IMG/VR virus record: IMGVR_UViG_3300025141_008848
Span: 1 to 64,000 of that record
Length of the DNA stretch: 64,000 nucleotides
Direction: 5' to 3' (one strand)
Source: a virus
Of the stretch, positions 28,256 to 37,592 are shown piece by piece. The notes under the pieces are model-generated. The model was not told the origin of the DNA and made no database searches. It was given only the letters and a program-made list of their open reading frames with translations. How positions within the stretch are numbered: position 1 is the stretch's first letter; every line of letters begins with the position of its first letter. The position numbers and the translations under genes are program-made.

Positions 28256-30991
28256 ATGCAAGAATTAAGTATAAATAATATGATGGAAAAAGCTACTATA
28301 GAAGAAATAGAACAATTTTTACACGGTAATGACCCCGAACAATATATTGTTGCTTTAGAATATGGGTGGAGAAGTAGTAAAATTTATAAAATAAAAGAAT
28401 ATCCAGACAGAGGTAAAGTTATAGAAACAGACACCTTTATACCTTTTTGCTGGGTTGGTGATTTAAGTAAGAAAAACTTTTATCGGGGAAGTAAACAAGC
28501 ACAGAAAGAAGCCATAACCAAATACGGAATATTAATAGAGAAATTATATTGTGGTGATGATGAAAGATTGGGTGAAGGTCTAACTTATTTAATAAAAACA
28601 ACAAAAACTTATAGAGATTTAGTAAGTTTTTTTAAACAAGGTGGTTTAAATCCTTGGGGTGAAGATAATAGAGACTCGATAATGATTTTACCACCTATAG
28701 AACAATATCTAGTACAAAAAGAAAAAAGGTTATTTAAAGGGTTTGAGGACTATGATGACATACATAGATTTGTTTTTGATTTAGAAACTACATCCTTAAA
28801 TCCAGAAGATGGAAGAATTTTTATGGTCGGAATGAAGGATAACAGGGGTTTTGAAAAAGTAATAGAAGTCGGGGATAATGATTTAGAGGAGTCTGAAGCG
28901 ATATACAAATTTTTTGAAACCATAGAGGAAATAAAACCTAGTATAATAGGGGGGTACAACTCATCTAATTTTGATTGGAACTGGTTATTCAAACGAGCAG
29001 AAATACTACAAATGGATACCACACAATTCAAAACCCTAAATCCAAATGAGGGGTATAAATTTAAGGACAACGTTTTAAAATTGGGAGCGGAAATTGAAAA
29101 CTACCAACAGGTAAAGATATGGGGATGTAATTCCTTAGATATTGCACATGCGGTAAGACGGGCACAAACAATCAATTCAGAAATAAAGAGCTGGGGGTTA
29201 AAGTACATAACTAAGTTCACTAAGTCCGAAAAACCTAATAGGGTGTATGTAGAGGGGGATAAGATAGCTTCAACGTATAGGGAGAATAAAGAGTTTTATT
29301 TAAATGTAGAGAATGGAAAATATAAACCAGTTGGTTCAGAGGGACTATTCAATATAGACAAAAAGTTTCCTGATGTTTATAAAAAAGTTAATGGAGCTAA
29401 AATAGTTGAACAATATCTAATGGATGACTTATGGGAGACCATGGAAGTCGATGAACAATTTAACCAAGCATCTTTTTTATTAGCAAGTATGGTACCAACT
29501 TCTTATGAAAGAGTATCTACAATGGGTACAGCTACTCTTTGGAAAATGTTAATGTTGGCTTGGTCATACCATAAAGGGTTAGCTGTCCCTAAGAAAGACA
29601 GTAAACGACCTTTCGTGGGTGGGTTATCTAGGTTAGTAAAAACTGGATATTCTACAAATGTATTAAAACTAGATTTTAGTTCACTATACCCATCGATACA
29701 ACTTGTACATAATGTTTTTCCAGAATGTGACATTACTGACGCTATGAAAGGTATGTTAAAATATTTTAGGGATACCAGGATTAGATATAAAAATTTAGCT
29801 TCTGAATATTATAACACTGATAAAAAGAAATCAGAATCATTTAGTAGAAAACAATTACCTATTAAAATATTTATTAATTCTATGTTTGGTTCTTTATCTG
29901 CACCACAGGTCTTTCCTTGGGGTGATATGAATATGGGGGAAAAAATAACCTGTACAGCTAGACAATATCTTAGACAAATGGTTATGTTTTTTATGGAAAA
30001 AGGTTATGACCCTTTAGTAATGGACACTGATGGAGTAAACTTTTCTTGTCCTTTAGATGTAGAAGATAGGTCATACATTGGATTAGGAAATAATAGTTTG
30101 GTGATTAAAGATAAGTCTTATCTGGGTAGTGAAGCTGATGTTGCTGAATATAATGATTTATTTATGAGAGGTGAGATGGGGTTAGACACAGATGGACAAT
30201 GGCCTTCATGTATTAACGTAGCAAGAAAAAATTACGCTTTATTAACAGGTGACGGAGTAGTTAAATTAACAGGAAACTCCATTAAATCCAAAAAGATTCA
30301 AGGATATTTAGAAGAATTTATAGATAAAGGATTAACATTGTTATTGGAGGGTAAAGGCGACGAATTTGTTGAGTACTACTACGAATACCTTCAAAAAATA
30401 TATGATAGGGGTGTATTACTTGCAAAAATAGCTAATAAATCTAGAGTTAAACAAACTATAGAATCCTACAAAAAAAGATGTACACAAAGAACAAAAGCTG
30501 GCAATCTTATGGCTAGACAAGCACATATGGAGTTGATTATAAAAAATAATCTACAAGTCTCTTTAGGTGATACAATTTATTATGTTAATAATGGTACAGC
30601 AATGTCACACGGTGACGTCCAGAGGAAAAAGAAAAAAGATGGAACAGAAGAAATTGTTTTAAATTCTTACCTAATATCGGAAAATGATTTAGAGAATGGG
30701 ATGAAGGGGGAGTATAACGTACCAAGATATATAAATGTGTTTAATAAAAGAGTAGAACCACTATTGGTATGTTTTAATACAGAGGTTAGAGAGTCTTTAC
30801 TTAAAAAAAATCCTGAAGACAGAGAATATTACACAAAAACACAGTGTGAGTTACTTAATGGTGTACCTAGAAAAGAAGGTGACCAAGACTCTCTAGAAGA
30901 AATACTTACACTATCATCCGAAGAAAAAGCTTATTGGGAGAGAATGGGTCTTAAAGAAAATTATTTTGTAGAGGAACTAGGACTCCTTTAA
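28256..30991 (+). CDS. polB: Family B DNA polymerase
   Basis: Exo motifs FDLETT, GYNSSNFD, YLMDD; polymerase motifs DFSSLYPS, KIFINSMFG, DTDG. Confidence 0.96.
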   Translation: MQELSINNMMEKATIEEIEQFLHGNDPEQYIVALEYGWRSSKIYKIKEYPDRGKVIETDTFIPFCWVGDLSKKNFYRGSKQAQKEAITKYGILIEKLYCGDDERLGEGLTYLIKTTKTYRDLVSFFKQGGLNPWGEDNRDSIMILPPIEQYLVQKEKRLFKGFEDYDDIHRFVFDLETTSLNPEDGRIFMVGMKDNRGFEKVIEVGDNDLEESEAIYKFFETIEEIKPSIIGGYNSSNFDWNWLFKRAEILQMDTTQFKTLNPNEGYKFKDNVLKLGAEIENYQQVKIWGCNSLDIAHAVRRAQTINSEIKSWGLKYITKFTKSEKPNRVYVEGDKIASTYRENKEFYLNVENGKYKPVGSEGLFNIDKKFPDVYKKVNGAKIVEQYLMDDLWETMEVDEQFNQASFLLASMVPTSYERVSTMGTATLWKMLMLAWSYHKGLAVPKKDSKRPFVGGLSRLVKTGYSTNVLKLDFSSLYPSIQLVHNVFPECDITDAMKGMLKYFRDTRIRYKNLASEYYNTDKKKSESFSRKQLPIKIFINSMFGSLSAPQVFPWGDMNMGEKITCTARQYLRQMVMFFMEKGYDPLVMDTDGVNFSCPLDVEDRSYIGLGNNSLVIKDKSYLGSEADVAEYNDLFMRGEMGLDTDGQWPSCINVARKNYALLTGDGVVKLTGNSIKSKKIQGYLEEFIDKGLTLLLEGKGDEFVEYYYEYLQKIYDRGVLLAKIANKSRVKQTIESYKKRCTQRTKAGNLMARQAHMELIIKNNLQVSLGDTIYYVNNGTAMSHGDVQRKKKKDGTEEIVLNSYLISENDLENGMKGEYNVPRYINVFNKRVEPLLVCFNTEVRESLLKKNPEDREYYTKTQCELLNGVPRKEGDQDSLEEILTLSSEEKAYWERMGLKENYFVEELGLL

Positions 30992-32026
30992 TCCATCAGA
31001 ACTAACAATAACCCAGGTAGACAACTCATCCACAAAAACAAATTCAACACAACTATCACCACTTAAACTGAGTGATTCCCATTTATTATCTATTAATCCT
31101 ATGTCTGGTAAAATATCTACATTAGATAAAGATTTTATCTTTATTTTTTTATCTTTTTGTGAGTTTAAAGTTATTGTACATTCTTTAGTTATAACTAATA
31201 AATATTCACCATCCGTAGTGTGATTAGAACTAATAACTTTAGTTTTTATGTCAGTTTCTACTGTAGAATCATAATCTACTTTAATACCATCCTTATACAA
31301 TCCCTGTAATAAACTTAATAATGCGACTGAAAGCAGGTTATATCGAATATTGTCAGGTCTACCCAAACTATCGTAGACCACCAACTCACCAAAACCTAAC
31401 GATTCTAATTCTTCAGCTATCATACCAAATCCATCACCACCAGTCTCTATATATTTAAAAAAGTAAGTTCTAAGGTCTAATAATTTTTTATACCTTTGTG
31501 AGTTTATAGGACGTAAATTATTTTTATATCTTCGAGAGGAAGAAGAGCCTCTAACAACATTACCAAACTCGTCTATTTGTAAATCTACATTTCCACTAGT
31601 AACAGCATCTAATAATAAACCTAATTTATCTATTTGTAGGGTACTTGCACTTATCCCTGGATTTGTCGTACCCCCACTTAATGGTGGTGTAGGGGTTTTT
31701 CCTATAGATAAAACTGCTGTATACCCTGTTACTGCAGAAAATGGAGTAATTGTTACTACCGAAGAAGCTGAGGTTGAGGAATACGGTCCCACCATAAATG
31801 TGTATCCAGTAGTTCCAGAGTTATAAACACAACCAATACCACACTGTTCTTCCCAATCCTTACACTTATATACCATAAATTCACCACAACCAGTCAATCC
31901 CGCACCTACGGTACATGCCGAACCTATATTTACCGTCTGTTCAAATATAGAGGAACCCGAAAAAGTGGCAGTACCACCAGTCTGTCTTAATTGTCTATTA
32001 TAATCTACTTTAGTATAAAAAGCCAT
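30977..32026 (-). CDS. Fibre-like virion protein with internal S74 intramolecular chaperone domain
   Basis: SSRRYKNNL...FKY...GMIAEEL...LVVYD...PDNIRY; Thr/Gly-rich N-terminus. Confidence 0.7.
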   Translation of the reverse strand: MAFYTKVDYNRQLRQTGGTATFSGSSIFEQTVNIGSACTVGAGLTGCGEFMVYKCKDWEEQCGIGCVYNSGTTGYTFMVGPYSSTSASSVVTITPFSAVTGYTAVLSIGKTPTPPLSGGTTNPGISASTLQIDKLGLLLDAVTSGNVDLQIDEFGNVVRGSSSSRRYKNNLRPINSQRYKKLLDLRTYFFKYIETGGDGFGMIAEELESLGFGELVVYDSLGRPDNIRYNLLSVALLSLLQGLYKDGIKVDYDSTVETDIKTKVISSNHTTDGEYLLVITKECTITLNSQKDKKIKIKSLSNVDILPDIGLIDNKWESLSLSGDSCVEFVFVDELSTWVIVSSDGLKES

Positions 32027-32027
32027 T

Positions 32028-33164
32028 CTATATTACAAATATTGTACCAGGATTCATTGGTCGATAACCTAACGATTTATTTAAACTTTCCGCTTCTAGA
32101 GCTTTTCTTTCTAACATTTTATCATTTCTTAATCTTTCTAATCTAGTCATTAATTCTTCTACTAATTTGGCTATTTCATCTTTAGATTCACTAAGTAAAT
32201 CTGCATACTCCATTGTTAATTCTGAATCCGGTGTTTTAAGGTTACCACTAAATTTACCTCTAACCCTACCTAACATTTCTTTTCCTTTTGCGAAAAAGTA
32301 ACGTCTTACCCATGATTGGGCAGGAGGATTAAGTTCAGTAAAAGTCATTTCATCTAATGTGACATCACTAGGTAATAATATAATATCTTTATTCGCGTCT
32401 AAACAATCATCTCTATTTTCAGGTCCCGAGTCGTAGTACCAATACCAAACCCGGTGTTGATGAGTCATAATATTACCAAAGTCAAATCTACCACCAGGAA
32501 CATTATATAAATGAACATATTTTGGTCCGTGTACACCACCTGGTCCAGCAGTAACTCTGTACGTCATCTCACCACCAATCATACGATTTTTTATATTTCT
32601 ATCCTGCATCCTCAACAAGACATCAAAAGCGGGCATTAAGAAATAAGAACCTTGTATTCCCATCTGAGCCATACCTCCACCGCCCCCTAAGCCCATACCA
32701 CCACCCATACCACCAAAACCACCTAGGAAAGGGTCAATAAAGGACTCATTTAGCTCGGCTCTAGAGTACCAAAGTAATTCATTAAGTTCTCTACCTGCAG
32801 GAATTTCATATATTTGAGTGTCAGCACTAAGAGTAATATAGTCTTGTTTTAGTTGGTACGGTCCACCAGCTTGTAAACCAACAATTTTAGAATAAGCATA
32901 AGTAAAGGAGGTTTCAAAACTCAAGTCTCTTGTTAAGAAGGCACTTGTTAAAGATATAACATCTAGGTCTTGACCATATAACGAAGACCACTGATTTTCT
33001 ATTAACCAGTCCTGCACATACTGACCATAATCAAGTATTGCCAATTCAATAGCTGTATCTAACATCTCATCTTCAAGTTCTACCCCACGTAATGGTGCAC
33101 CTAAGGTATGTCTAAGTTGGGTAAATAATTTCTCTCTTTTTGCTGGGTCAATTGTTGCTGGCAT
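32028..33164 (-). CDS. Neck protein (T4 gp13-like)
   Basis: LGAPLRGVELEDEML; WVRRYFFAKGKEMLGRVRGKF. Confidence 0.75.
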   Translation of the reverse strand: MPATIDPAKREKLFTQLRHTLGAPLRGVELEDEMLDTAIELAILDYGQYVQDWLIENQWSSLYGQDLDVISLTSAFLTRDLSFETSFTYAYSKIVGLQAGGPYQLKQDYITLSADTQIYEIPAGRELNELLWYSRAELNESFIDPFLGGFGGMGGGMGLGGGGGMAQMGIQGSYFLMPAFDVLLRMQDRNIKNRMIGGEMTYRVTAGPGGVHGPKYVHLYNVPGGRFDFGNIMTHQHRVWYWYYDSGPENRDDCLDANKDIILLPSDVTLDEMTFTELNPPAQSWVRRYFFAKGKEMLGRVRGKFSGNLKTPDSELTMEYADLLSESKDEIAKLVEELMTRLERLRNDKMLERKALEAESLNKSLGYRPMNPGTIFVI

Positions 33165-33203
33165 AATATATCCTTTCTATATAAATACTTGGAAGTTGGT
33201 ATT

Positions 33204-33227
33204 AAAAAAGGTCCCATAAGGACCTTT
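33204..33227 (-). terminator. Intrinsic terminator
   Basis: AAAGGTCC-cataa-GGACCTTT hairpin with a U-tract on minus, just after the 33253 stop. Confidence 0.7.
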
Positions 33228-33252
33228 CATAAAATATGTGTTTAAATGAGGA

Positions 33253-33837
33253 TTATTTAGTATATGAATTAAGTATTGACTTTAATTCTGTAACGGCTTT
33301 CTTTTTACCGTCTGCAAGTTCTTTATCGGTAAGTGCAGGTTCGGACTTTTCCCACGCAGTGGTAGAAACCTTTTTAATTCTGGTAACAGCTGTCGAAAGG
33401 TTACTAAGCATATCAGCAAAACTAACATTTTTTTGTTCTTTAATAACTCGTTCTACAATTCTTTTTAAAGTACCTTCAGTAACCTTAACAACCTTACCTT
33501 CTCTTACACCTTGTAATGCGTTATACATTTTTCCATGACCTTCAGATTGTTCATTTTTCTTTTCTACCTCTTTTGATTTTTTTTCTTCTTTATCAGTCAT
33601 TTCTTCGTCAGTCATATCTTCATAGATGTCTTCTATATGACGAGCAGCGGTTTTAATTTTCTTTAAATCACTAAATGATAAGGTTTGGTCACCAGTCTTA
33701 TGACCTACTAATAAAGATTTAAGGTTTTTTAAAGCTTTATAAGCTTTTTTTAATTCTGATTTAATATCTCCTTTAGCCTCAGTTAAAGTAACCAACCGGC
33801 TTCTAAGTTGTTTTTTCGTAAATTCTTTTTTACCCAT
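33253..33837 (-). CDS. Charged hypothetical protein (putative head-internal)
   Basis: Start moved to MGKKEF (33837), 16 nt after a TATTTATA motif; contains VKVTEGTLKRIVERVIKEQ. Confidence 0.65.
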   Translation of the reverse strand: MGKKEFTKKQLRSRLVTLTEAKGDIKSELKKAYKALKNLKSLLVGHKTGDQTLSFSDLKKIKTAARHIEDIYEDMTDEEMTDKEEKKSKEVEKKNEQSEGHGKMYNALQGVREGKVVKVTEGTLKRIVERVIKEQKNVSFADMLSNLSTAVTRIKKVSTTAWEKSEPALTDKELADGKKKAVTELKSILNSYTK

Positions 33838-33877
33838 TTCAGTTTGTTTATATATAAATATAAGGAAAAGTAGGTTT

Positions 33878-35611
33878 CTACAACCCACCAAGTATTTCAC
33901 CCAAAATATCCGCTTCATTTATATTATCACCCATAACAGTATCTATAACGGACTTCTTTTTATTAACTAATTCGTAGATTGTTCTTTCTATGGTGTTGTC
34001 ATAAATTGGGTATATACACGATACTTTTTTATCTTGACCTATTCTAAATGCTCGGTCTTCACATTGGGACATATCAGAAGGGACAAAGGAAAGGTCGTTG
34101 AATATTACCACTTCTGCTGAGGTTAATGTTATACCCACTCCCGCTGCTTTGACATTACCTATAAAAACCTTTATTTTATCATCATTTTGAAATCGGTCCA
34201 CACTTTCTTGTCTGTCTTCTTTTTTCATAGTACCATTAAGAACTACAGATTCTTTTTTATATTTCTGGTGCAGAGTCATTAAAGGTTCTGTAAAATTAGT
34301 AAAAACAATAACTTTTTTATCTTGTTGTAGACATTGGTCTATTAGTTGTGTTGTCTCCTTAACTTTTTCTAACGCAATTATCTGTCTAACTTTCATTAGT
34401 TTAGCTAGTTGTATAGACAAACCACTACCTCTATGTTGTCGACGCCAGTCAAGATATTCTCCCATCTCATCTTCGTAGGATTTGGATTTAAGCTCCATAT
34501 AGATTGGGGTAATTATTTTATCGGGCAAGTCTAGTACATCCTCCTTCAATCTCCTCAAGACCTTATCGTTAGTTTTATCTCTAAGTTCTTCCAAGTTAGT
34601 CGCACCAAAAGTTAACCATATTTTCCTATAACCCCTAAAAATCTGTTTACCATCACAGTATCGTCTAACATAATTAATCCAATTATTAGCAACTCTTGAC
34701 CCAACCAGCTTTAATAAATTATAATAATTCATAGGTCTAGATGTCATAGGTGTACCTGATAATAACCATAACCTATCTATTTTACTTGTAAGATTATTAA
34801 CTAATTTAGTTCTTTGTGCTTTACCATTAGAAACATAATGTGCTTCATCTATTATAACTAAGTCAAATTTAGCATCTAATATGTGTGTTTTTTTGTCGGA
34901 ATCTTTAGGGAGAGAATGAAAATTCTTTAATATATCATAATTTATAATAACATATTCCCCATCTTCCCATTTTTTACCTTCCACAATACCTACTTCTACA
35001 TTACTATAATTTTCTATTTCTCTTTTCCAATTAACCTTTAATGAAGCGGGACATATTATTAATACTTTTTTTAATTTAAGATTGATACTAGCCATAATAG
35101 CAGAGCTAGTTTTACCTAAACCCATATCATCAGCCAATATATATTTTTTATTAGAAACTAATTTAATGATAGCTTTTTTTTGATGCTCAAATGGTGGACG
35201 ATGTGAAAAAGCTGTAAAATTAACATCTAAATCAGGATTTTCTCTAGGTACAATTTGGTTCTTAGGGACCCAGAAAGAGTTAAGAGGGTGAGAATCTATC
35301 ACCTTACCCCAGACATGATAAGCTTTTTCAGTTTCAGATAAAAGTTTTTCTATCCAGATAGATTTAGGTGGGGTCTGTAGAAATTTAGTTGACATAAGCT
35401 CTTTAGATAAGTAATCGTCTATTTCCATCCACAACCTAACAATTTTAGGTTTTTCATTATAATTGTTATTAATATAGTCTGATTGGGCCCTTGTCAATGT
35501 CAAAGATTTACTATTAAGCATGTTATTTTTAAGACCTATAATATAGTTATTGGCCCCATCATAATTAACTAATGTATTTTTAGCTTTAATCTCTGAAGGA
35601 AAATTTTCCAT
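33878..35611 (-). CDS. SNF2-family (HARP/SMARCAL1-like) helicase/ATPase
   Basis: LADDMGLGKT, DEAH, LSGTP, GVGITL, QCEDRAFRIGQ. Confidence 0.93.
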   Translation of the reverse strand: MENFPSEIKAKNTLVNYDGANNYIIGLKNNMLNSKSLTLTRAQSDYINNNYNEKPKIVRLWMEIDDYLSKELMSTKFLQTPPKSIWIEKLLSETEKAYHVWGKVIDSHPLNSFWVPKNQIVPRENPDLDVNFTAFSHRPPFEHQKKAIIKLVSNKKYILADDMGLGKTSSAIMASINLKLKKVLIICPASLKVNWKREIENYSNVEVGIVEGKKWEDGEYVIINYDILKNFHSLPKDSDKKTHILDAKFDLVIIDEAHYVSNGKAQRTKLVNNLTSKIDRLWLLSGTPMTSRPMNYYNLLKLVGSRVANNWINYVRRYCDGKQIFRGYRKIWLTFGATNLEELRDKTNDKVLRRLKEDVLDLPDKIITPIYMELKSKSYEDEMGEYLDWRRQHRGSGLSIQLAKLMKVRQIIALEKVKETTQLIDQCLQQDKKVIVFTNFTEPLMTLHQKYKKESVVLNGTMKKEDRQESVDRFQNDDKIKVFIGNVKAAGVGITLTSAEVVIFNDLSFVPSDMSQCEDRAFRIGQDKKVSCIYPIYDNTIERTIYELVNKKKSVIDTVMGDNINEADILGEILGGL

Positions 35612-35616
35612 ATTAA

Positions 35617-35645
35617 AATATAATAAAAAGAGAAAAGAAAGACAA
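35617..35645 (-). promoter_or_regulatory. Housekeeping-sigma-type promoter of the helicase gene
   Basis: TTGTCT-N17-TATATT just before ATG 35611. Confidence 0.5.
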
Positions 35646-35673
35646 ATTGTATTTATAATAAAAGGAAGGACCT

Positions 35674-36189
35674 ATGACTAATAAAAAAATACCGATTACA
35701 AGAATATCTAAATTTTTTAGTTCCGAAGATTTTCAACTAGAACAAGATGTGGGCATGGAGTGGTTACATGGTGATATGCATTTTACTATGGTTTTATTTA
35801 GGGTAGATAAAAAATTATCTGATGTTGATGATGTATATGGGGAGTCGAATGTTGAAGAAATTAGATATAAGCCCCCGGTAGAGTTTAATGCTTATGTAAA
35901 AATTGACCCACCTAACAATAAAAGTTATGGTGGTGGATTAGTTAATCAGATGGAACCAGGCAATATGACTTTAGGTGTGTACAAAAAACATTTAGAAGAA
36001 TTAGATATCGACATAAATTATGGTGACTATATTGGGTACCCAGAAAATGAAACTACAATGAGATATTATGTGGTCGCAAATGATGGAAGAGTGACTTCAG
36101 ATATTAAACACACTATAGGTGGGTATAAAGCTTTCTACAGAACAATAGTATGTTCGTGGGTTAGTGAAAATGAATTTAGAGGAGTGTAA
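35674..36189 (+). CDS. Putative head-closure/neck protein (gp14-like)
   Basis: DDVYGES...PPVEF...DINYGDYI; lies before the tail-terminator and sheath genes. Confidence 0.55.
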   Translation: MTNKKIPITRISKFFSSEDFQLEQDVGMEWLHGDMHFTMVLFRVDKKLSDVDDVYGESNVEEIRYKPPVEFNAYVKIDPPNNKSYGGGLVNQMEPGNMTLGVYKKHLEELDIDINYGDYIGYPENETTMRYYVVANDGRVTSDIKHTIGGYKAFYRTIVCSWVSENEFRGV

Positions 36190-37268
36190 TGGGAATACCT
36201 AAAAAAATAAAAAAAACCTTAAATATAGCACCAGGACCTATACAAGGGCACTACCCAACAGGGTACAATGGGATAACAACGCCCTATAGACGAAAGGAGT
36301 TAGCAGAGTTCATTACTGACGATGGAACTTATTTACCTAAATCAGTTTTACATGCTGACCTTGATAAAGGAATGTTAGATTTTACACAAGAGCAATTAAA
36401 AACAGTAGCTAATGGAAAAAAAGTTAATGTTATTGACCGTATTCTCACCCTACAAAGGTGGGCAGAATTTGCTCAAACATGGAAATTTGCTAATCAGGAT
36501 AAAAATGTAGAGTTACCATTTATTGTTGTGGTGAGAAAACCAGATGTACAATACGGAACCAATCCCGCTTTACAATATACTATACCCGATAGAAAACAAT
36601 TTCATTATGCTAAGGTACCTACTTGGGACGGCAATAGAAAAGGGTACGACGTCTATACTATACCACAACCGGTCCCAGTAGATATTACATATGATGTGAA
36701 AATAATATGTAATAGAATGAGAGAATTAAATAATTTTAATAGGGTGGTACTCCAAAAGTTCACTTCTAGACAAGCATATACTTTTGTTAAAGGTCATTAT
36801 ATTCCTATAGTATTAAGTTCTATTGGGGACGAAAGTCAGATAGATACAGAGGAAAGAAGATACTATCAACAGAATTACCAATTCCAATTACAAGGGTTTT
36901 TACTAGATGAGGAAGAGTTTGAAGTTAAACCAGCTATTAGTAGGAGTTTAACGATGTTTGGGGTAGACGAAAAGGAAAGAAAAAAAGAACAAAAGAATAT
37001 TGGAGAAGATAACGCCACAAAAACAAATAGAAAATTAACATTCCAGGCGGGTGTTACAGTAATTGTTATATCATATAAGGATAAGGTGAATGTTTCAGCT
37101 TTAAGAATTAAAAATATAGCATCTTATTCTCTTTCTGTTAATGCTATAAATTTTGGTCAGTCATATGACCCGATTATGATTAATCCTGGTGATATTTTAC
37201 AAGTAACGATTGTAAAACAAAATCCTGGTGTGGCTATGTTAACTTTACAAGAAATCCTAATCGGTTAA
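36189..37268 (+). CDS. Putative tail terminator/sheath stabiliser (gp15-like)
   Basis: LPFIVVVR...PVPVDITYDVKI...MRELN...FQLQGFL; gene order. Confidence 0.55.
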   Translation: MGIPKKIKKTLNIAPGPIQGHYPTGYNGITTPYRRKELAEFITDDGTYLPKSVLHADLDKGMLDFTQEQLKTVANGKKVNVIDRILTLQRWAEFAQTWKFANQDKNVELPFIVVVRKPDVQYGTNPALQYTIPDRKQFHYAKVPTWDGNRKGYDVYTIPQPVPVDITYDVKIICNRMRELNNFNRVVLQKFTSRQAYTFVKGHYIPIVLSSIGDESQIDTEERRYYQQNYQFQLQGFLLDEEEFEVKPAISRSLTMFGVDEKERKKEQKNIGEDNATKTNRKLTFQAGVTVIVISYKDKVNVSALRIKNIASYSLSVNAINFGQSYDPIMINPGDILQVTIVKQNPGVAMLTLQEILIG

Positions 37269-37436
37269 ATCCTCACCATATATATCTTTAGTGGTTTTAC
37301 AATTTTCCTTTATTAAGTGTTCTATGAATGCAAACATCTTTAACCCTTTCTTATTACAATAGACTTTAAGTTGGGTATGTGATTTAACACTTATCTTTAA
37401 ATTTTTTATTTTTGGTTTTTTATCTGTGGTGGGCAT
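37257..37436 (-). CDS. Small ribbon-helix-helix-like DNA-binding protein (59 aa; not in the ORF track)
   Basis: Manual translation MPTTDKKPKIKNLKISVKSHTQLKVYCNKKGLKMFAFIEHLIKENCKTTKDIYGEDLTD*. Confidence 0.7.
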   Translation of the reverse strand: MPTTDKKPKIKNLKISVKSHTQLKVYCNKKGLKMFAFIEHLIKENCKTTKDIYGEDLTD

Positions 37437-37469
37437 TACAGGGTATATTTTTAATATAACTATGGTATT

Positions 37470-37499
37470 GTATGAAAAAAGTATGAAAATTTACATACT
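37470..37499. promoter_or_regulatory. Candidate operator
   Basis: Direct repeat GTATGAAAA (37470, 37481) and inverted repeat AGTATG-N8-CATACT (37480-37499) between the divergent RHH and sheath genes. Confidence 0.5.
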
Positions 37500-37592
37500 A
37501 ACCCTAAAATATAGCTATTTACTACGTAACTTTTGTCAATACCACATGTATTTATTATAAAAGAAAATAAAATATCTTAAAAATTATAAAAC

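Noticed and set aside
33838-33918. Longer start for ORF 33253..33918
   Set aside because: Overlaps the helicase end and spans the TATTTATA motif; ATG 33837 fits better
28256-35611. Inteins or introns in polB or the helicase
   Set aside because: Normal lengths, contiguous catalytic motifs, no splice-junction or LAGLIDADG motifs seen
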